A stretch of 64,000 nt of DNA from Octopus bimaculoides (GCF_001194135.2 NC_068981.1:14009634-14073633), one strand, 5' to 3'. Shown: positions 40,671-54,473, counted from the stretch's first letter. Numbers and translations are program-made. The notes: generated from the letters alone by a model not told the origin.

Positions 40671-43600
40671 ATTATTAGTTTATTTGTCGGAGTTCTTTAG
40701 TTACATATTCTATGATTTCTTCGACGACTTTCTCTCTCTCTCGTGTCTTTTCACTGGTTTTGTCTTGTCTATTGTATTTTATCTGTCTGTGATACGTATC
40801 CCTATCTACGCCTGTATCTATGTGTTTGTGTGTTTGCCTATGTGTTTAGTATGTGTATGTGAGTCTTGTGTGTGTATATATGGGTTTGTATCTTACACTG
40901 TTTGCACCCATATCTTATATTCATTTATGCTTTTTTTTTCTCATTCTTTCTTTAGTAGTAAGATTGCGGATGTTTGGGAAGGCAGTCAAGTGGAGGAGAT
41001 TAATCTATTCATGTTTTCTTTTGTGGCTCGATATATTTCCTATTATGTTTGTGGCTTTCGTAATTTGTTTGTGTTGTGTCTGTTTTATTCGTCAGGAATT
41101 TCCTAACGTCTATGTTATCAACCGAGCCTCAATGTTGTGATAGAGTATAATGGTTGAGCACTGATGTGTTTACTCCCCCCACCCTTGAGTTCCCACCAGT
41201 GTACATTTATCCTCTCACCTGTGCTAAGCGCTGTCTTCCCAATGCACGTCGTTGTTCTGTTTCTCCACCGTCTTTTACACCTTATACAATAGACTACTGA
41301 GTAGCAATCATCTTAGTTTGTACATTGTTTTTGTTTTCTTATTTATGCTTCTGTTTCGCGTTCTGATTTACTTTATCTCCCCTTAGATCTATCCTTATTC
41401 GACGCACCTTCTGTTACAGAAAATATTCAATAATGTTTTGTTGAACTGTGTAATAGTTATTAGGTAGACACTACATTTCCAGTCTGTTTTAGTTAGAAAC
41501 AAGCACTGAATCAATACTAGAGGCCAGAAGTAGGAAGAGCATGGCAGCTAAAGTGTAATTTTGAAATTGGTCATTCCGATATTAATAAGAAGCGGAACAT
41601 GTCCACTTCCTTTAATTTTTCATATGGTGAAGAAACTATAAAATGTGTTGAAGACTCAATTTAATATTTTTTCTTTTATTTTTCGATTCCAAATTTGCAT
41701 AACACTCTTCCGTTACATTATCCTTTAGTCTTATTTAAATGCAATCATATAATGCTGCTAAATTCGTTTCTCATTTTTTTACGACCTAACATAAAATTTA
41801 TTAAAAAGAAAGGTCACCCTACTTGTCCTTGATCAGGGCAAATGATATGATGAAAGAATAATGTGAAAGTTTGTCATTAAATTTTATAATTTCATTAAAG
41901 TATTTATATTTTTGTTGGAGAGTAACATCGTGAAAATTATGTGATATTCAGCAGCATATTTTTTCTCTGGTTTGGTTTTGCTTTTTATAATTTTCTTTTT
42001 TAGTCTTCATTTTGTAAATTTATTATGTGCATAATTTTATTATTCTCCCCGTGAGGCCATTTTTGAGAATTTACAACCTACAACTAAACGCCATTGCTTT
42101 ATAACAAAATTCCTTTTAATTTCAGCATTTTCAATGTGAGTGACGGTGATATTAACAGCTAGCGCTTTTGATTTAATTTCTTTTTTATTTTAAAATCAAT
42201 TAAAACACACCATTAAGATTTGTTTTGTTTCTTCATCCTTTATAAACAGTCTCGAAATGAGGGTGGTTTTAAGGTTATGATTACTAAAATCATAAAGAGA
42301 AGAACCAACTTCTGCAAGAGGAAACTAATGAGCAGCTATTATTTGAAGTCTATTTGTCAAGTTCGTTTTGTTTTATTTGGCAAAAAAGACAAAAAAAAGC
42401 ATTAATGACAAACAGAGGACATCATTACGTAGCTGACTTTGCAAATCAGTACTAAAATCCACCGACAAATCACCAAAGTACTATTCTCAGTAGTTTCCCT
42501 AGATATAATGAACACAAGGAAATATTATTGATTTAATTGTTAGTAATATGAAGCAGCATAATCAGCTTGCTCTCTAAGGTCCTGTATTCAACTGACACGA
42601 GAAGTCTACACTTAGTCACATGAAATAAATCATTCGTTAATGTCATACCATTCAAAAAATGAACACTTGCCCCCAAACAAATAATGAAAATCAGAAAGGG
42701 TGTTATTCACCCAGACGTGATACTATTAGTACACGATTTATGGGGTAGGCAAGACCTACATATTTAACTCACCTTTCTTCTCAACTGCAACTTCACAGAC
42801 TTTAATGTATAGCCTGTTCTAGAGCTTATAACAATCACAGACCAAAACAGAAACCCAAAAAGAAAGTGTAAACAAGTGTACACATATAGCCTCAAGCTAA
42901 CACTATATTCTACAAACTATTGTGTATAATGTGCAATTTCATACTAAACTCCATTTCAAAGAACTGCCAGAATTGTCTCGTTTATATTCCAATAAGATAA
43001 TTTCACATTGTGGTTGAAATAATGAAATAAATCAGTAAACTTAATTTTCTTTAGCGCATATGGCTTTCTACTTGCTTCAAAATCGTCTGAGTACCGACAC
43101 TTCTACTATGTTAATTACATCAAATATATTAATACTAACTTTCACATTTGATACTGTCTGATTTGTTATCTTTTGGATGATGTTGCCAAATAGATTGTTG
43201 TTTATGCCAATTAGACTCAGCAGAGAGATTTTTGTTTCTGGTAATTAGAGAGATTCATCTGACAGCTCCATAACAAACGTGTTTTGGGCTGTCAATGCTT
43301 TTCTAAAGGTTAGTGACTGACTAATACCAATTTGATAGTCATAAAACATGTCAACAGGCGGTCTATTCATACATCTAGTCATTTCTCCTGTTGAAATCTG
43401 AAAATTTCATATTTTATGTCAAATACAAAATAACTTTTTTTCTGATTGGAGTATTACGCAAAATCGTGTCTGCTTTTTTCAACGTTATTAACTTTGAAAA
43501 CATAAAATAGTATTAAACATCCTGAAGCATTTCTCTGAAATAACATTAGCTTGGTTTACAAACCGATCGGTGAAATTCCAGATTAATACATAGTTTTTCC

Positions 43601-43839
43601 ATATTTCTACAGAAGTCACTCGCTTCAGTAAGCTCATATACAATATTTCTGAAGCCTTTATCAACTAATGCGTAAATCACTTAATATTTACCAGGAAGCA
43701 ATCACTCATCTCGATTCTGTACAGATCTTGATAGGTATGCTAAATATTGGGTCATCGTATAAATAATGCCGAATTTCTAAAGCTTCTTTTATTTTTCAAA
43801 ATTAAACTCAACAAAGGTCTTTTTTTTTTATCTAAAGTA

Positions 43840-44051
43840 TACTCGCCTGGTAGACTTGCAAGGTGCCGCTTCCAAAATTCACCTGTCCGTGGCAAAAAAT
43901 ATTCCTTTAGTACCGTCCTGATCTCGTCTACAGAATTCATATTTTTTTCGTCGAAATGATTTTGAAGACTTCGGATTAAACGATAATCAGATGGAATGAT
44001 GTCCGGCGAATATGTTGGGTGGGGCATCCTCGCTGTGTGTGGCCTAGCATT
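43840..44051 (-). mobile_element. Mariner transposase 3' fragment with internal deletion
   Basis: NARPHTAR[about 20 aa missing]MPHPTYSPDIIPSDYRLIRSLQNHF...EFWKRHLASLP. Confidence 0.85.
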
Positions 44052-44354
44052 ACATATATATATATATATATATATATTACAATTAAAAGGGTAAAGGATT
44101 ATCAATTTATAAATTAATAATTAATAATTTTTACCAAGCCCTTCGGTATGTAAGCACCATTATCGGTGAGGAACTTATTAAAAAGTTCTTATACATTTAT
44201 AAACAAAATTAAGGGATCAGCAACACGTTGCTTCACCACATACCGAAGTTCAGAAATAGCAGCTAAATTGCCGAGACTCCAACAGATGGCAACTACCTGC
44301 AACTCACATAGGCAAAACAAGAAGAAAAATAACGAACTAAACTAGCCATAGTTA

Positions 44355-44412
44355 ATCATAGACATGTTTCTGGTTTAGAAGGAAAAACTCTTCATTACCT
44401 CATCAGTATGAT
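44355..44412 (-). ncRNA. Minimal type I hammerhead motif, intact core
   Basis: ATCATA-CTGATGA-GGT...ACC-A-GAAA-CATGTC-TATGAT. 6-bp stem I, palindromic stem III ACATGT, GUC site (predicted cut between 44361 and 44360). There is a non-canonical extra A before GAAA. Confidence 0.7.
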
Positions 44413-44620
44413 ATTCCAGTTGCAAATTCGACGATACTGGCAAATGTGCATGCATGACCGAGCGCCATCATAGCAATAGAAAAAGTTTGAAAGTATCTCC
44501 AAATCCACACAGGCGAGCCAGCCCATCATCTTCCCTCAAGAATTACTATGTGCGACGCAGGCGGTACCGCAGAAAATCTGTGGTTTACTATCCGGGGGTA
44601 TTCGAATTTGCAACTGGAAT

Positions 44621-44678
44621 ATCATACCGATGAGGTAATGAAGAGTTTTTCCTTCTAAACCAGAAACATGTCTATGAT
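44621..44678 (+). ncRNA. Hammerhead motif with U4C core mutation (CCGAUGA)
   Basis: Inverted copy of 44355-44412 with core CCGATGA; likely inactive. Confidence 0.6.
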
Positions 44679-45336
44679 TAACTATGGCTAGTTTAGTTCG
44701 TTATTTTTCTTCTTGTTTTACCTATGTGAGTTGCAGGTAATTGCCATCTGTTGGAGTCTCAGTAATTTAGCTGCTATTTCTGAACTTCAGTATGTGGTGA
44801 AGCAACCTGTTGCTGATCCCTTAATTTTGTTTATATATATATATATATGAAATGAGATAAAAATCCAAGGCTGTGAAATATTTCAGAACATTTATAAATA
44901 GGTCTTACAGCTGTTTCCGGGATATTTTACATATCCCTTAATCGGAGGCGGTGTGAGAAAATGGTTAAGCAATAGTTATTCTAGATAAGATATGAAATAG
45001 AGAGTGAAGTGGAGGAATGAAACTAGACGTGAGATATGCAGGGATATTGCATCTGTAGTTCTAATATTTAGGCAGAATGGTATACATAAAATATTTCACT
45101 TTGAATAAAACCCTTGATTCAATAACACCGTGTACAAACTCTATGCTTGGAATGACCAATTTTAAATACTATTGGAAATTACTCACCAAGTACTGGAATC
45201 TTATATGTATACCATTCTGTCTAAATATTAGAACTACAATGCAATATCCCTGCATATCTCACGTCTATTTTCATTCCTCCACTTCACTCTTTATTTCATA
45301 TCTTATCTAGAATAACTATTGCATAACCATTTTCTC

Positions 45337-45361
<25 letters not shown>

Positions 45362-45370
<9 letters not shown>

Positions 45371-45585
45371 TTGTGTGTTTGCATTTGTGCCCCCAACATC
45401 GCTGGACAACCGATGCTGGTGTGTTTACGTCCTCGTAACTTAGCGGTTCGGCAAAAGAGACCGATGGAATAAGTACTAGGCTTACAAATAATAAGTCCTT
45501 GGGTCGATTTGCTCGACTGAAGGAGGTGCTCCAGCATGGCCGCAGTCAAATGAATGAAACAAGTAAAAGAATAAAAGAGTAAAAA
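45362..45585 (+). mobile_element. 3' half of a family 2 SINE
   Basis: cccccaacatcgctggacaaccgatgctggtgtgtttacgtc...ggtgctccagcatggccgcagtcaaatga.tgaaacaagtaaaaga is nearly identical to 11717-11900. Confidence 0.85.
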
Positions 45586-45630
45586 ATATACAAGCATCTG
45601 TACCGTAAATATACTTTCAGCACTGGCAAC

Positions 45631-45760
<130 letters not shown>

Positions 45761-46612
45761 TATGTATAGATGTGCTTGAGAGTGTGCATCAATGTGTGTT
45801 TGTGCAAATAACGGTCTTACTTCATAGAACTTTTTAAGAAGAACCCAGAGTAGAGTCAAATATATTGTGACTATTAAATTGACTGGTTTCCAACACACAC
45901 GCGCGCGCGCGCCGGTCCCTCTGTCTATCTATCTAGCTAGCTATATCTACACACTCGCTCACTTGCCCACATACAGTGTCGAGATAGAGAGATAGCAAAA
46001 AAGAAGAAACAGGAAAATTTCCTGCGTTAAATGATGTTGACAGCTCCAACGTAGTGTGGCCCACATGATGCAGTAAACCTTTTCATAAACTGACACATTT
46101 CCAGCAGCGTGAATTTCCTCCATCTTGGCGCAAAACTTTTCAGAATATAAATTTATGAGACCATATATTTTTAAGCTAAATTTAGCCCTGCTATGGAGGA
46201 AGTGTGTGTTGCTGGAAATTTGTCAATTAATGAAAATGTTTTCTGCTGCTGACAGGTCACATGACACTGGAATTGTCAACATTATTAGACACAGGAGAAC
46301 TGAGGATTTTTCACGGCTAATACACACACGCATACATACACGCACACCACAGGCTACAAGCTGTTTAAGTCGATAACGTGTCAGATAGAATGGTTTTTGC
46401 AGTATGTGTTCCGGCTGCTTAAGCACCGAGTGTAAACTGCGCCGAGACAGCTTTCCCTTCCAGAATGTAACTGACGTGGAGAGGGAAGTCGTGCACGCAT
46501 GGGTGATATGTGGTTTTCCACACGCACCAGAAATAAATGGAGATTTTTTTCTCTGGCAATACTCATTGAATAACAGACGAAATCCATTAACAAACAGAAA
46601 TACGTACATTAG

Positions 46613-46686
<74 letters not shown>

Positions 46687-49600
46687 TGTATGTGTGTATG
46701 TGTGTGTGCGTGTGTGTGTGAGTGTGTGTGTGTGCTTGTACGTTAATGTGTAAGTGAATCAGAGACTTACTCTACCTGGCGACTTAACTAAATTCGTTAG
46801 TCAAATTATAAATATGTCATTCTAAAGTAATATAGTAAATTTTACTCTATATTCACTATTGAGTTTCTCTATCAAAAATCGTTCTTCGTTTGCATTGGTA
46901 TAATAAGCTTAAATTAACATTTATATTAATACGTTCACGCATTTGTGTGAGGAGTGACGTTCTTGCACTCCTTTGTTTTGATAGTTCGGGTGAGGGTTAC
47001 GTGAAATGGCACATATATCCTTGTGTTAAAGTTTTCAAAATAGTAAGAAGTATTCCGGAATTAAGTATATATTGACAATACGAACTTATATAATAAGTAG
47101 TTATCATTAAGTTTATATATTCAATTAGCAATATTGTCTGAAATTTGAAATGTGTTGGATAGCATCTTCTATGATACGTGAATGGTATAAGTTTTAAGTT
47201 GTCTTTAGTAAATTGGCTATGTAAGATTTCTTTTAACTTTTCGACCTCAAATATCCATCGGAAGCATTATGAGTAATAATGTTCTATTACTAAATACATT
47301 AACTGTATACTTTCATCAAAATAGATTAAATTGAAATTCTTTAGACTACTTCTTGCTTTAAATTTGGAACGTGACTCGCTGTACATTTTTATAAGATGGT
47401 TCCGTGTTTATATAAACAGAAATCGATTATGTTCAGCAAGTCAGCAGATTAAAAAAATTACTTTTCCAAATTAGTATAGATTATATTTAGCATCGCACGA
47501 ATATCAAACTATCTGACAACCGCCGTCGGGAGCCAGCATGCAGCCATTCTTCTAATTAGAAATAATGCACAATTCTTCCGCAAATGACAACTTATCATCT
47601 AAGGGAAAAGAAAACTGATATTGTTAGCAAAATAAAATATTAGTAGGGCATTAAAGAAAATTTCTTCGTATTCTTATTACAAGTAACTCCTATGGCGATA
47701 ACGTTGCCGATCGCTGGATCGACAAAATCTGCTGTTGTTTCGAAAGCTATGCCACAGCATAATCACAGTTCGAAACTGAAACTTGCGAAAAAATTGAAAA
47801 TATATATACTAGATATATTATGATAGAGAGACCAGACTGGATGACCACAACAGTAAAAGCTTTGGTCATAGCTGTGTTTGAGTTAAATGCCATTAAAACT
47901 GTATTGTCACCGTGATTTCTTGCTATTTACATGTTATTATATTATCTTCAGGCTTCGTAAAGCCTTATAACCATGTTATTACTGTATGCAGTGAGCTACA
48001 TCTGAAGAACGTTCATTGAAATGATGTAGCCACTTCGCATCAGTTATTTGCTAATTGACAATAGCCGACACTGCATCACAAGGATTTGATTTCTTCTTAG
48101 ACCTCACCAGTACTCTAGTACTGAAAAGGGAATACAATCATGAAGGCTACTATGTATGAACCACTCACACTTGCATAGTTTTGAAGCATCTGGAACAGTG
48201 CAGGCGTCACACTTTATGGATGCTCATATGTTTGATGAAATTTAAGATGAACGTACAAGTTATTTGATATATTATGGGAGAAGAGTCTAGTTTCAGTTAT
48301 TAAATAAAAAAGAACAAATAGTAAGAACAAGAGCCGTTTGGAGTGTAATGAAAGACACTTGAATATTCACTATTAGTTGGAAATTTTATGTCAACAAGCT
48401 AGTATATATGGCATTGATTTAATTACAACATGCAAATTGAAATAAATGTCTTGTAATACTGTCATAAAGTATACAAGGTTCAGTATTGAATTACAAATAT
48501 ACATTTCAGTCACATAGATAGGGAAAGACAAACAAAAACAGTATTAATCGTAATGAAAACTGGCAAAAGTACTTCAGTTAATAATTCAATGCAAATGAAG
48601 AGTATTTGTCTAAAAAAAGTGATAGTTCTGGATGGATTCCTTTAAAAAGGTCTATGTATCAGAGAGTAGGCTTTAAATATGTCTGGTAGCAACTAGTGGA
48701 TGACGAGCTAACTAGGAAGCCTGTGTGTGGTCGTGCAGCGTTTTAGAATTAACACGTATTATATAATGTAGTCTTAGATATTATGTATCTGAAATGTAAG
48801 CCAGCTGGACGCGGATGGCTTGCTTATATCATTTGCCTATTCAGTCATGACGAAGAGACACTAAAAATAACAAATACAAGTATTTAGTTGATTCATTGAT
48901 ACGTGTTACCATGACAACAGAAGGAACATAACAAAATAATGTTAGAGTAAAGCATTTTATTCCGAGTGAAAAAATAATGTTCTGGTTTGGTTAAAAGTAA
49001 TACAAACAGATCAAATATTAGGATGTGTTTAACAATGTAAATAAGAATAAAAGTCTAACGAGTGTTTCAGAAACTTGTCCTTCTCCGGAGAGAGAAAGAA
49101 ATACCAACGTCTTAACAAAGTTGAGTATATGAGAAAATGGATTATATTATGGAATACACCTCCTCATGGTGTTTAACCTGAGCATCAGAAGATATAGAGA
49201 GACCATATTTTTAAGTTGCCATGAAATTTAAAATAATTTATTGCAGTGAGGCTCTCAAAGAAAACAAAGTGTTACATTTTTGTTCGGAAAATGTACACCG
49301 GTTTATGTGGGAGACAAGTAGTCGTTTCATGTTCTGGCCAAAATACGGAACTGATGCCATATTTAGGAATAATATACGAGCAGTAACTATCCAGAAACGG
49401 CATGTGCATTATAATATGCTATATTCATTTCATAGATGACTAACACAATATTAAATAATTGATGTCAAATATCAATATAACTGCCATCGTTATAACTTAC
49501 GAGCTTGTAATTTGCAGAATCGATATATGTCGTAAAAAATGCCTTGCAGTATTTCTGCCTACTCTCCACATTCTAAGTTTAAATCCGCCAATTTTAACTT

Positions 49601-50244
49601 TGTCATTCATCTTTTGAGATGGACAAAATAAATTACCAGTTAAGCACAGGGGTATATTTAATGCCAAAAAACCTTCCTTCAAAGGTTGTAGATATTGTAC
49701 GTAAATAAGGAATTAAAGGTAAAAAAAATCGGTGGTTTAGCAGAATCGCAAGGATATCAGTAAGATATATTTTGCATTCCTTGTTTCAGTTATTTACATT
49801 TTAAGTTCAATTCCCATAAAAGTGTTTGCCTGTGTAAACGCCTCGATCATATCCCAACTGATCTGCTATACATACATGTTCACGCGCGAGTGTGAGTGTG
49901 TGTATTATCTCGACCATAATTTAGAAGATTGGACGGCTTAGATATAATTATTTATTAATTGTGTTTATTTATTGGTTTATGGTTTCTTGGAGTAAAATTA
50001 GTGGCAACATGGTGGAAAGCTTACGAAACCCGAAAAGACTACAAGGATTTGAGAATATGTGTTTCAGTTATAAATTCGAATATGTTCAGTGCAGAAAACA
50101 GAAATACTATGAGTATTTTACCCCGATTCCCAGGAAGCATAAAACTGGTTATCCAGGTTCAATGGTGTGGAAATGACCGAGATCACAAAGCTTCTTCTGA
50201 GAGGGAAGTCAGACCGCTGCAGCATTCAACGCCAGCAACTTTGA

Positions 50245-50420
50245 GGAGAGTGGCCGAGTCGATTGTATGGACTCCAAAATTTGATTGATATTTTTATTTT
50301 ATCGGTCCTAACGGAAAGAACAGCAACATTAACCTGGGTTGCATTTGAACTCACCACTGAAAGACCTGGAAGAAATGTTAAGGATTCTTTACAAAATGCC
50401 AACGATTCTGTCCGCTCGCC
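50245..50420 (-). mobile_element. Highly diverged family 1 SINE
   Basis: gagtcgatt..at.gac.cc..., ttttatcgg.cc..acggaaag, atttgaactca, aacgattctg.ccgctcgcc. Confidence 0.5.
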
Positions 50421-51215
50421 ACTTTGCAATAGATTTTACACACAATTAAATGCCTTGACTGTTTAAACTCGAAGTAATAATAGATCCCCAGGTAAAACTT
50501 CAATGAGTTCTATTCACGATACATATGAATTAAATTATGTAAAAGTCATATCTGGATTATCTATATAAAAGATATCTATCGGTAGAATGTCAATAAATGC
50601 GGTAATAACTGCAACAAGTTTCCCGCAGATCAACCGACGCCATAAAGATTTCAGTAGATATAGAGGTATATAATAGTTTCAAACGTGTATTATATTTATT
50701 ATACAATTGCTTACTATATCTTTGTATGCCTTCTCTAAGAATATTTTGTTTCTTGCATCAACATATTGATCATCTCTCTGCAAAATATCACTTGAATCAA
50801 CGTATTGATCATCTCTCAGCGATCAACAAATAGAGACTTGTAATGGAATCTATTCTATAGAATAACGGTAACTGATAACAAGTGTGAACGATATGTCAGT
50901 GGTTGTCTTTTATAACAAATACACAAGTAGATGTCTCGATATATCTGATATAAAAGATATTTAAAGCACATTTAAACTTGGATGAAGACTTAATTCTTCG
51001 GCAGATTTAACTGCATACATCTTAGCTGTCAATAACACAGTACTTTATTGTATGCATTTAGAACTAGTTTCTGAACTGAAGATAACTTTCTTTGACCAAT
51101 CAGAGAAGTCATGAAAAAGGTCATTAGCATTGCTCCTCCTCCTTTAAAGCAATTAAAACAAACAGAAAAATAACAAAAACAAAAGTTCTTAGTTACTAGC
51201 AATGCAACCTTCTTG

Positions 51216-51252
<37 letters not shown>

Positions 51253-51345
51253 CAGGAATGGCAACAAAAGAAAGAAAGAGACCTCGATATTATGCAAATA
51301 GAGGAATTTATCTGTAAAGATATGTGACACTTATTCAGTAGCCAT

Positions 51346-51408
51346 GATAAAACTCCGAGTTTCGGATGCCAGGGTGGGGGGTTCCACTCCAACATCTCTT
51401 CAGTTATC
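51346..51408 (-). ncRNA. Type I hammerhead motif, intact core
   Basis: GATAA-CTGAAGA-GATGTTGG-a-GTGG-aacccc-CCAC-c-CTGGCATC-C-GAAA-CTCGGAGTT-TTATC. Predicted GUU cut between 51351 and 51350. Confidence 0.72.
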
Positions 51409-51707
51409 CAGTCACCGGAGATTCTTTTGAAAAATGACCGTTAGACCCAAAGGGAAATTAAAAACAAAGGGAAATAAGCAGGGGGAAAATAAACAAAGGG
51501 ACATTACTGTGTAGTGTCAAAATCCGTCTAAAACTGCGTATATGTGCGTGCGTATATGTGCGTGCGTGTACGATATACGCAGTTTTAGACGGGTTTTGAC
51601 ACTACAGAGTAATTTCCCTTTGTTTATTTTCCCCCTGCTTATTTTCCTTTGTTTTTAATTTCCCTTTGGGTCTAACGGTCATTTTTCAAAAGAATCTCCG
51701 GTGGCTG

Positions 51708-51769
51708 GATAACTGAAGAGATGTTGGAGTGGACCCCCCACCCTGGCATCCGAAACTCGGAGTTTTATC
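51708..51769 (+). ncRNA. Type I hammerhead motif, intact core
   Basis: CTGAAGA at 51713-51719 and GAAA at 51752-51755. Stem I GATAA/TTATC; stem III ACT-CGG-AGT; predicted cut after 51764. Confidence 0.72.
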
Positions 51770-51801
51770 ATGGCTACTGAATAAGTGTCACATATCTTTA
51801 C

Positions 51802-51868
<67 letters not shown>

Positions 51869-53756
51869 CACCTCTCATTGCGAAATGTAACTAATTCTTA
51901 CAGAGGATGCGCAAAGAATGAGTAAATACCCGAACTTAAAATTATTCCCAACAAAATAGGTACCCGAATACAGAGACAATGTTTATAAAAGACAGCAAAT
52001 TTACATGACTTTGTTTCCATTTGAATGCCGTTTTTTCTTTATGCCGCATAAAATTTCTCCTCCATGAAAAATATACATGTTTGGATGCAACATTGTTAAT
52101 CCATGCTATGTTAATCACTAGACTTGTACAGAACTGCGTTCAATTTATTATTATATCATTTATATTAATATATTAAGTCGTTACTTATAATAAAATATAA
52201 TCTAGTTTCTATTAATTACTGATAAGAACACAATATTTCGTTTTGCAAACATAACATACTACCAAGTAGTATTAAAGGTGTGTAAGCCAATACTGTTTCC
52301 TACTATTGTGTTAGCAGTGCGTTGTATGCACATATACTCATTACTTATTTTCCTATTTTCGATCGCATTCTTTACATAGGAGTATTCGTATACGAAGCGT
52401 CGTAACTTTCAGTGCTGGCTCTAATTTCCATAGATTTTCTGCAGAGTTAAACTTAAAAAAACCTAGTTTCTGATATCACGTATATTGTGAAAAATAATTG
52501 CGAAATGTTAATAAATTACGGATTAAAGATTCAGTGCATTATATTGCTGTACCCATAGAATCAGGAAATATAAGGGTCTTTTGAGCTAACTCATATTCAA
52601 TGTAGTTCACGAAAATTTCTTATTCATATGTGACAAATAGGCAGAAGGTGCAAGTGAAAGAGTCTGTATGCTATAATGCTTGGAAAACTGCAGGCGAATT
52701 ATTTATTATACATGTCTTTTGACGGATCGCAGCTAAGAGATCTGAAGAAATTACATCTGACTTTCCTAAAATCACAATTCTTAAAGTGTTCTCCGTTTAA
52801 TTATAAATATATAACGCTGTCACGTAGAGAAAAAGCCTCAAACAAGCTTCATATAAAGTCGGAAAAACGCTGACATGTTTCTATTAATAATTCAATATAC
52901 ATGATATACATTCTTGCAAAACTTGATGCAGGATTATCTAAATAAAAGATATCTTTCTACCGAATGTCAATAAATTCAGCAGCAACTACAAAATACTTTC
53001 TCTCAGGTCGTTTGAGTGAGTAATGGTTCTGACTCGGGATCATGTTACATTTTGCTTTTAAGGAAATGTATCAAATATATGAATAATTCTACAATGTTCC
53101 GATATACTCAGGGGTACACAGTGTTGTCAAAGTTATGTTATATTTATTAAACATATTCCACCTATATCTTTCTATACATTTGTTATGGGGATTTTGTTTC
53201 TGGATATGTCGCTGAATTCATAAAAGAGAAAAATAATCTAAGACCCCCAACAACTAAATACTACAAAATATATGCGGCTAACATGATGTAAAATGTTTCC
53301 GTTATAATCACCCGGGTAGAGCGTTCTTCTAATGAAAATCGTCACAAATGTAGTTTTGTGCCAATAACATAATTGAACATACAAAGTATAGTAAATGATA
53401 TCTAATACTCGGACATTGCTTTTGATAGAAAACAAGAACGGTCTTTATTTAAATATATATTAGAGCAAATAAATGAGTGCATATATGTGTAATTCATTTG
53501 TATGATAAATAAATTGTATTACTTCATGCACATATTGCATGAACATATATGAAATCAGATTAGATATTGAGTTCATTCAGTTGTGTAAAAGAAAGGAAAA
53601 TATATAAAGTTCCCTAACACTACACACACACGAACATATATGTACACACAAAAATGCATATGTGTACACACATATACACCTATTTACAAACATATGCCTG
53701 CATATACATACACATACATTTACATATACATATTCACATACTTGCTTACATACATA

Positions 53757-53866
<110 letters not shown>

Positions 53867-54430
53867 TATGTATTACACCCACGTCTCTCTCAGTGTGTCT
53901 ATGTGTGTAGAGTAATTAAGTATTATATTTCATAGGACTATCGACTACTCTACTGATAGGTCAGGAAAGGAGTATATGTACATTTGCATGTTTGACTAAG
54001 CTCCTTGTTAAACATCATGTACTATCGATAGATTTCCTTACATGCTACTTTCTTGCCAAGTACTTAAAAACTTTCGATCTATAATACATCAATATTTGTC
54101 CTTTAACCAATGTAACACTTACAGTATGATTAATATTTTGGGGGATCGAACCATATTGTGTTTCATATATGTGTGTGGGTGCTTGTGTGTGTGTGAGTGT
54201 ATGTGTGTATGTGTGTGTATTCAGAGAGGCAGAAAGAGAGAGAACGAAGAACGACATATAATAATTACACAACTTTGATGCTGTGTTATTCGTATGAACA
54301 TAACACTCCCTAAACGTTACATTCCACCTGTTAGTTCGGATTTAAGCAATATAAATATATACTACCGTGTAAATTTAGATCTATCTCACCTTTCAGAAAT
54401 CAATTAATCTCGCAATTCACATATCCAATA

Positions 54431-54473
<43 letters not shown>

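Larger units (their letters stand above)
44078..44835. mobile_element. Inverted-repeat element B with HHR motifs in both arms, flanked by (TA)n
   Basis: Arms 44198-44431 and 44602-44835 (234 bp, 7 mismatches by hand), 170-bp spacer. The left copy extends a further 120 bp to a TA array. Confidence 0.85.
51251..51806. mobile_element. Inverted-repeat element C with HHR motifs in both arms, inserted in a (TA)n array
   Basis: Arms 51312-51543 and 51573-51803 (232/231 bp, 5 mismatches and 1 indel by hand). The 29-bp spacer overlaps tatatgtgcgtgcg x2. (TA)n on both sides. Confidence 0.88.

Noticed and set aside
44198-44835. A/G differences between arms as an imprint of ADAR editing on a retrotransposed RNA
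   Set aside because: Only 4 of 7 differences, and two are at CpG sites; this cannot be distinguished from ordinary transitions.
47995-48030. GCTACAT-CTGAAGA-acgttcatt-GAAA-tg-ATGTAGC hammerhead-like string
   Set aside because: It has both core words and a 7-bp outer stem, but no stem II pairing, no stem III and no NUH site; a decayed motif or chance.
49501-49572. Possible upstream receptor exon (AG|NVESRQKYCKAFFTTYIDSANYKL|GTAAGT, minus strand)
   Set aside because: It has a good donor and slight resemblance to the D..DN(F/Y).L motif, but it is phase 0-0 (the next exon needs phase 1), has a poor pyrimidine tract, and is too short.
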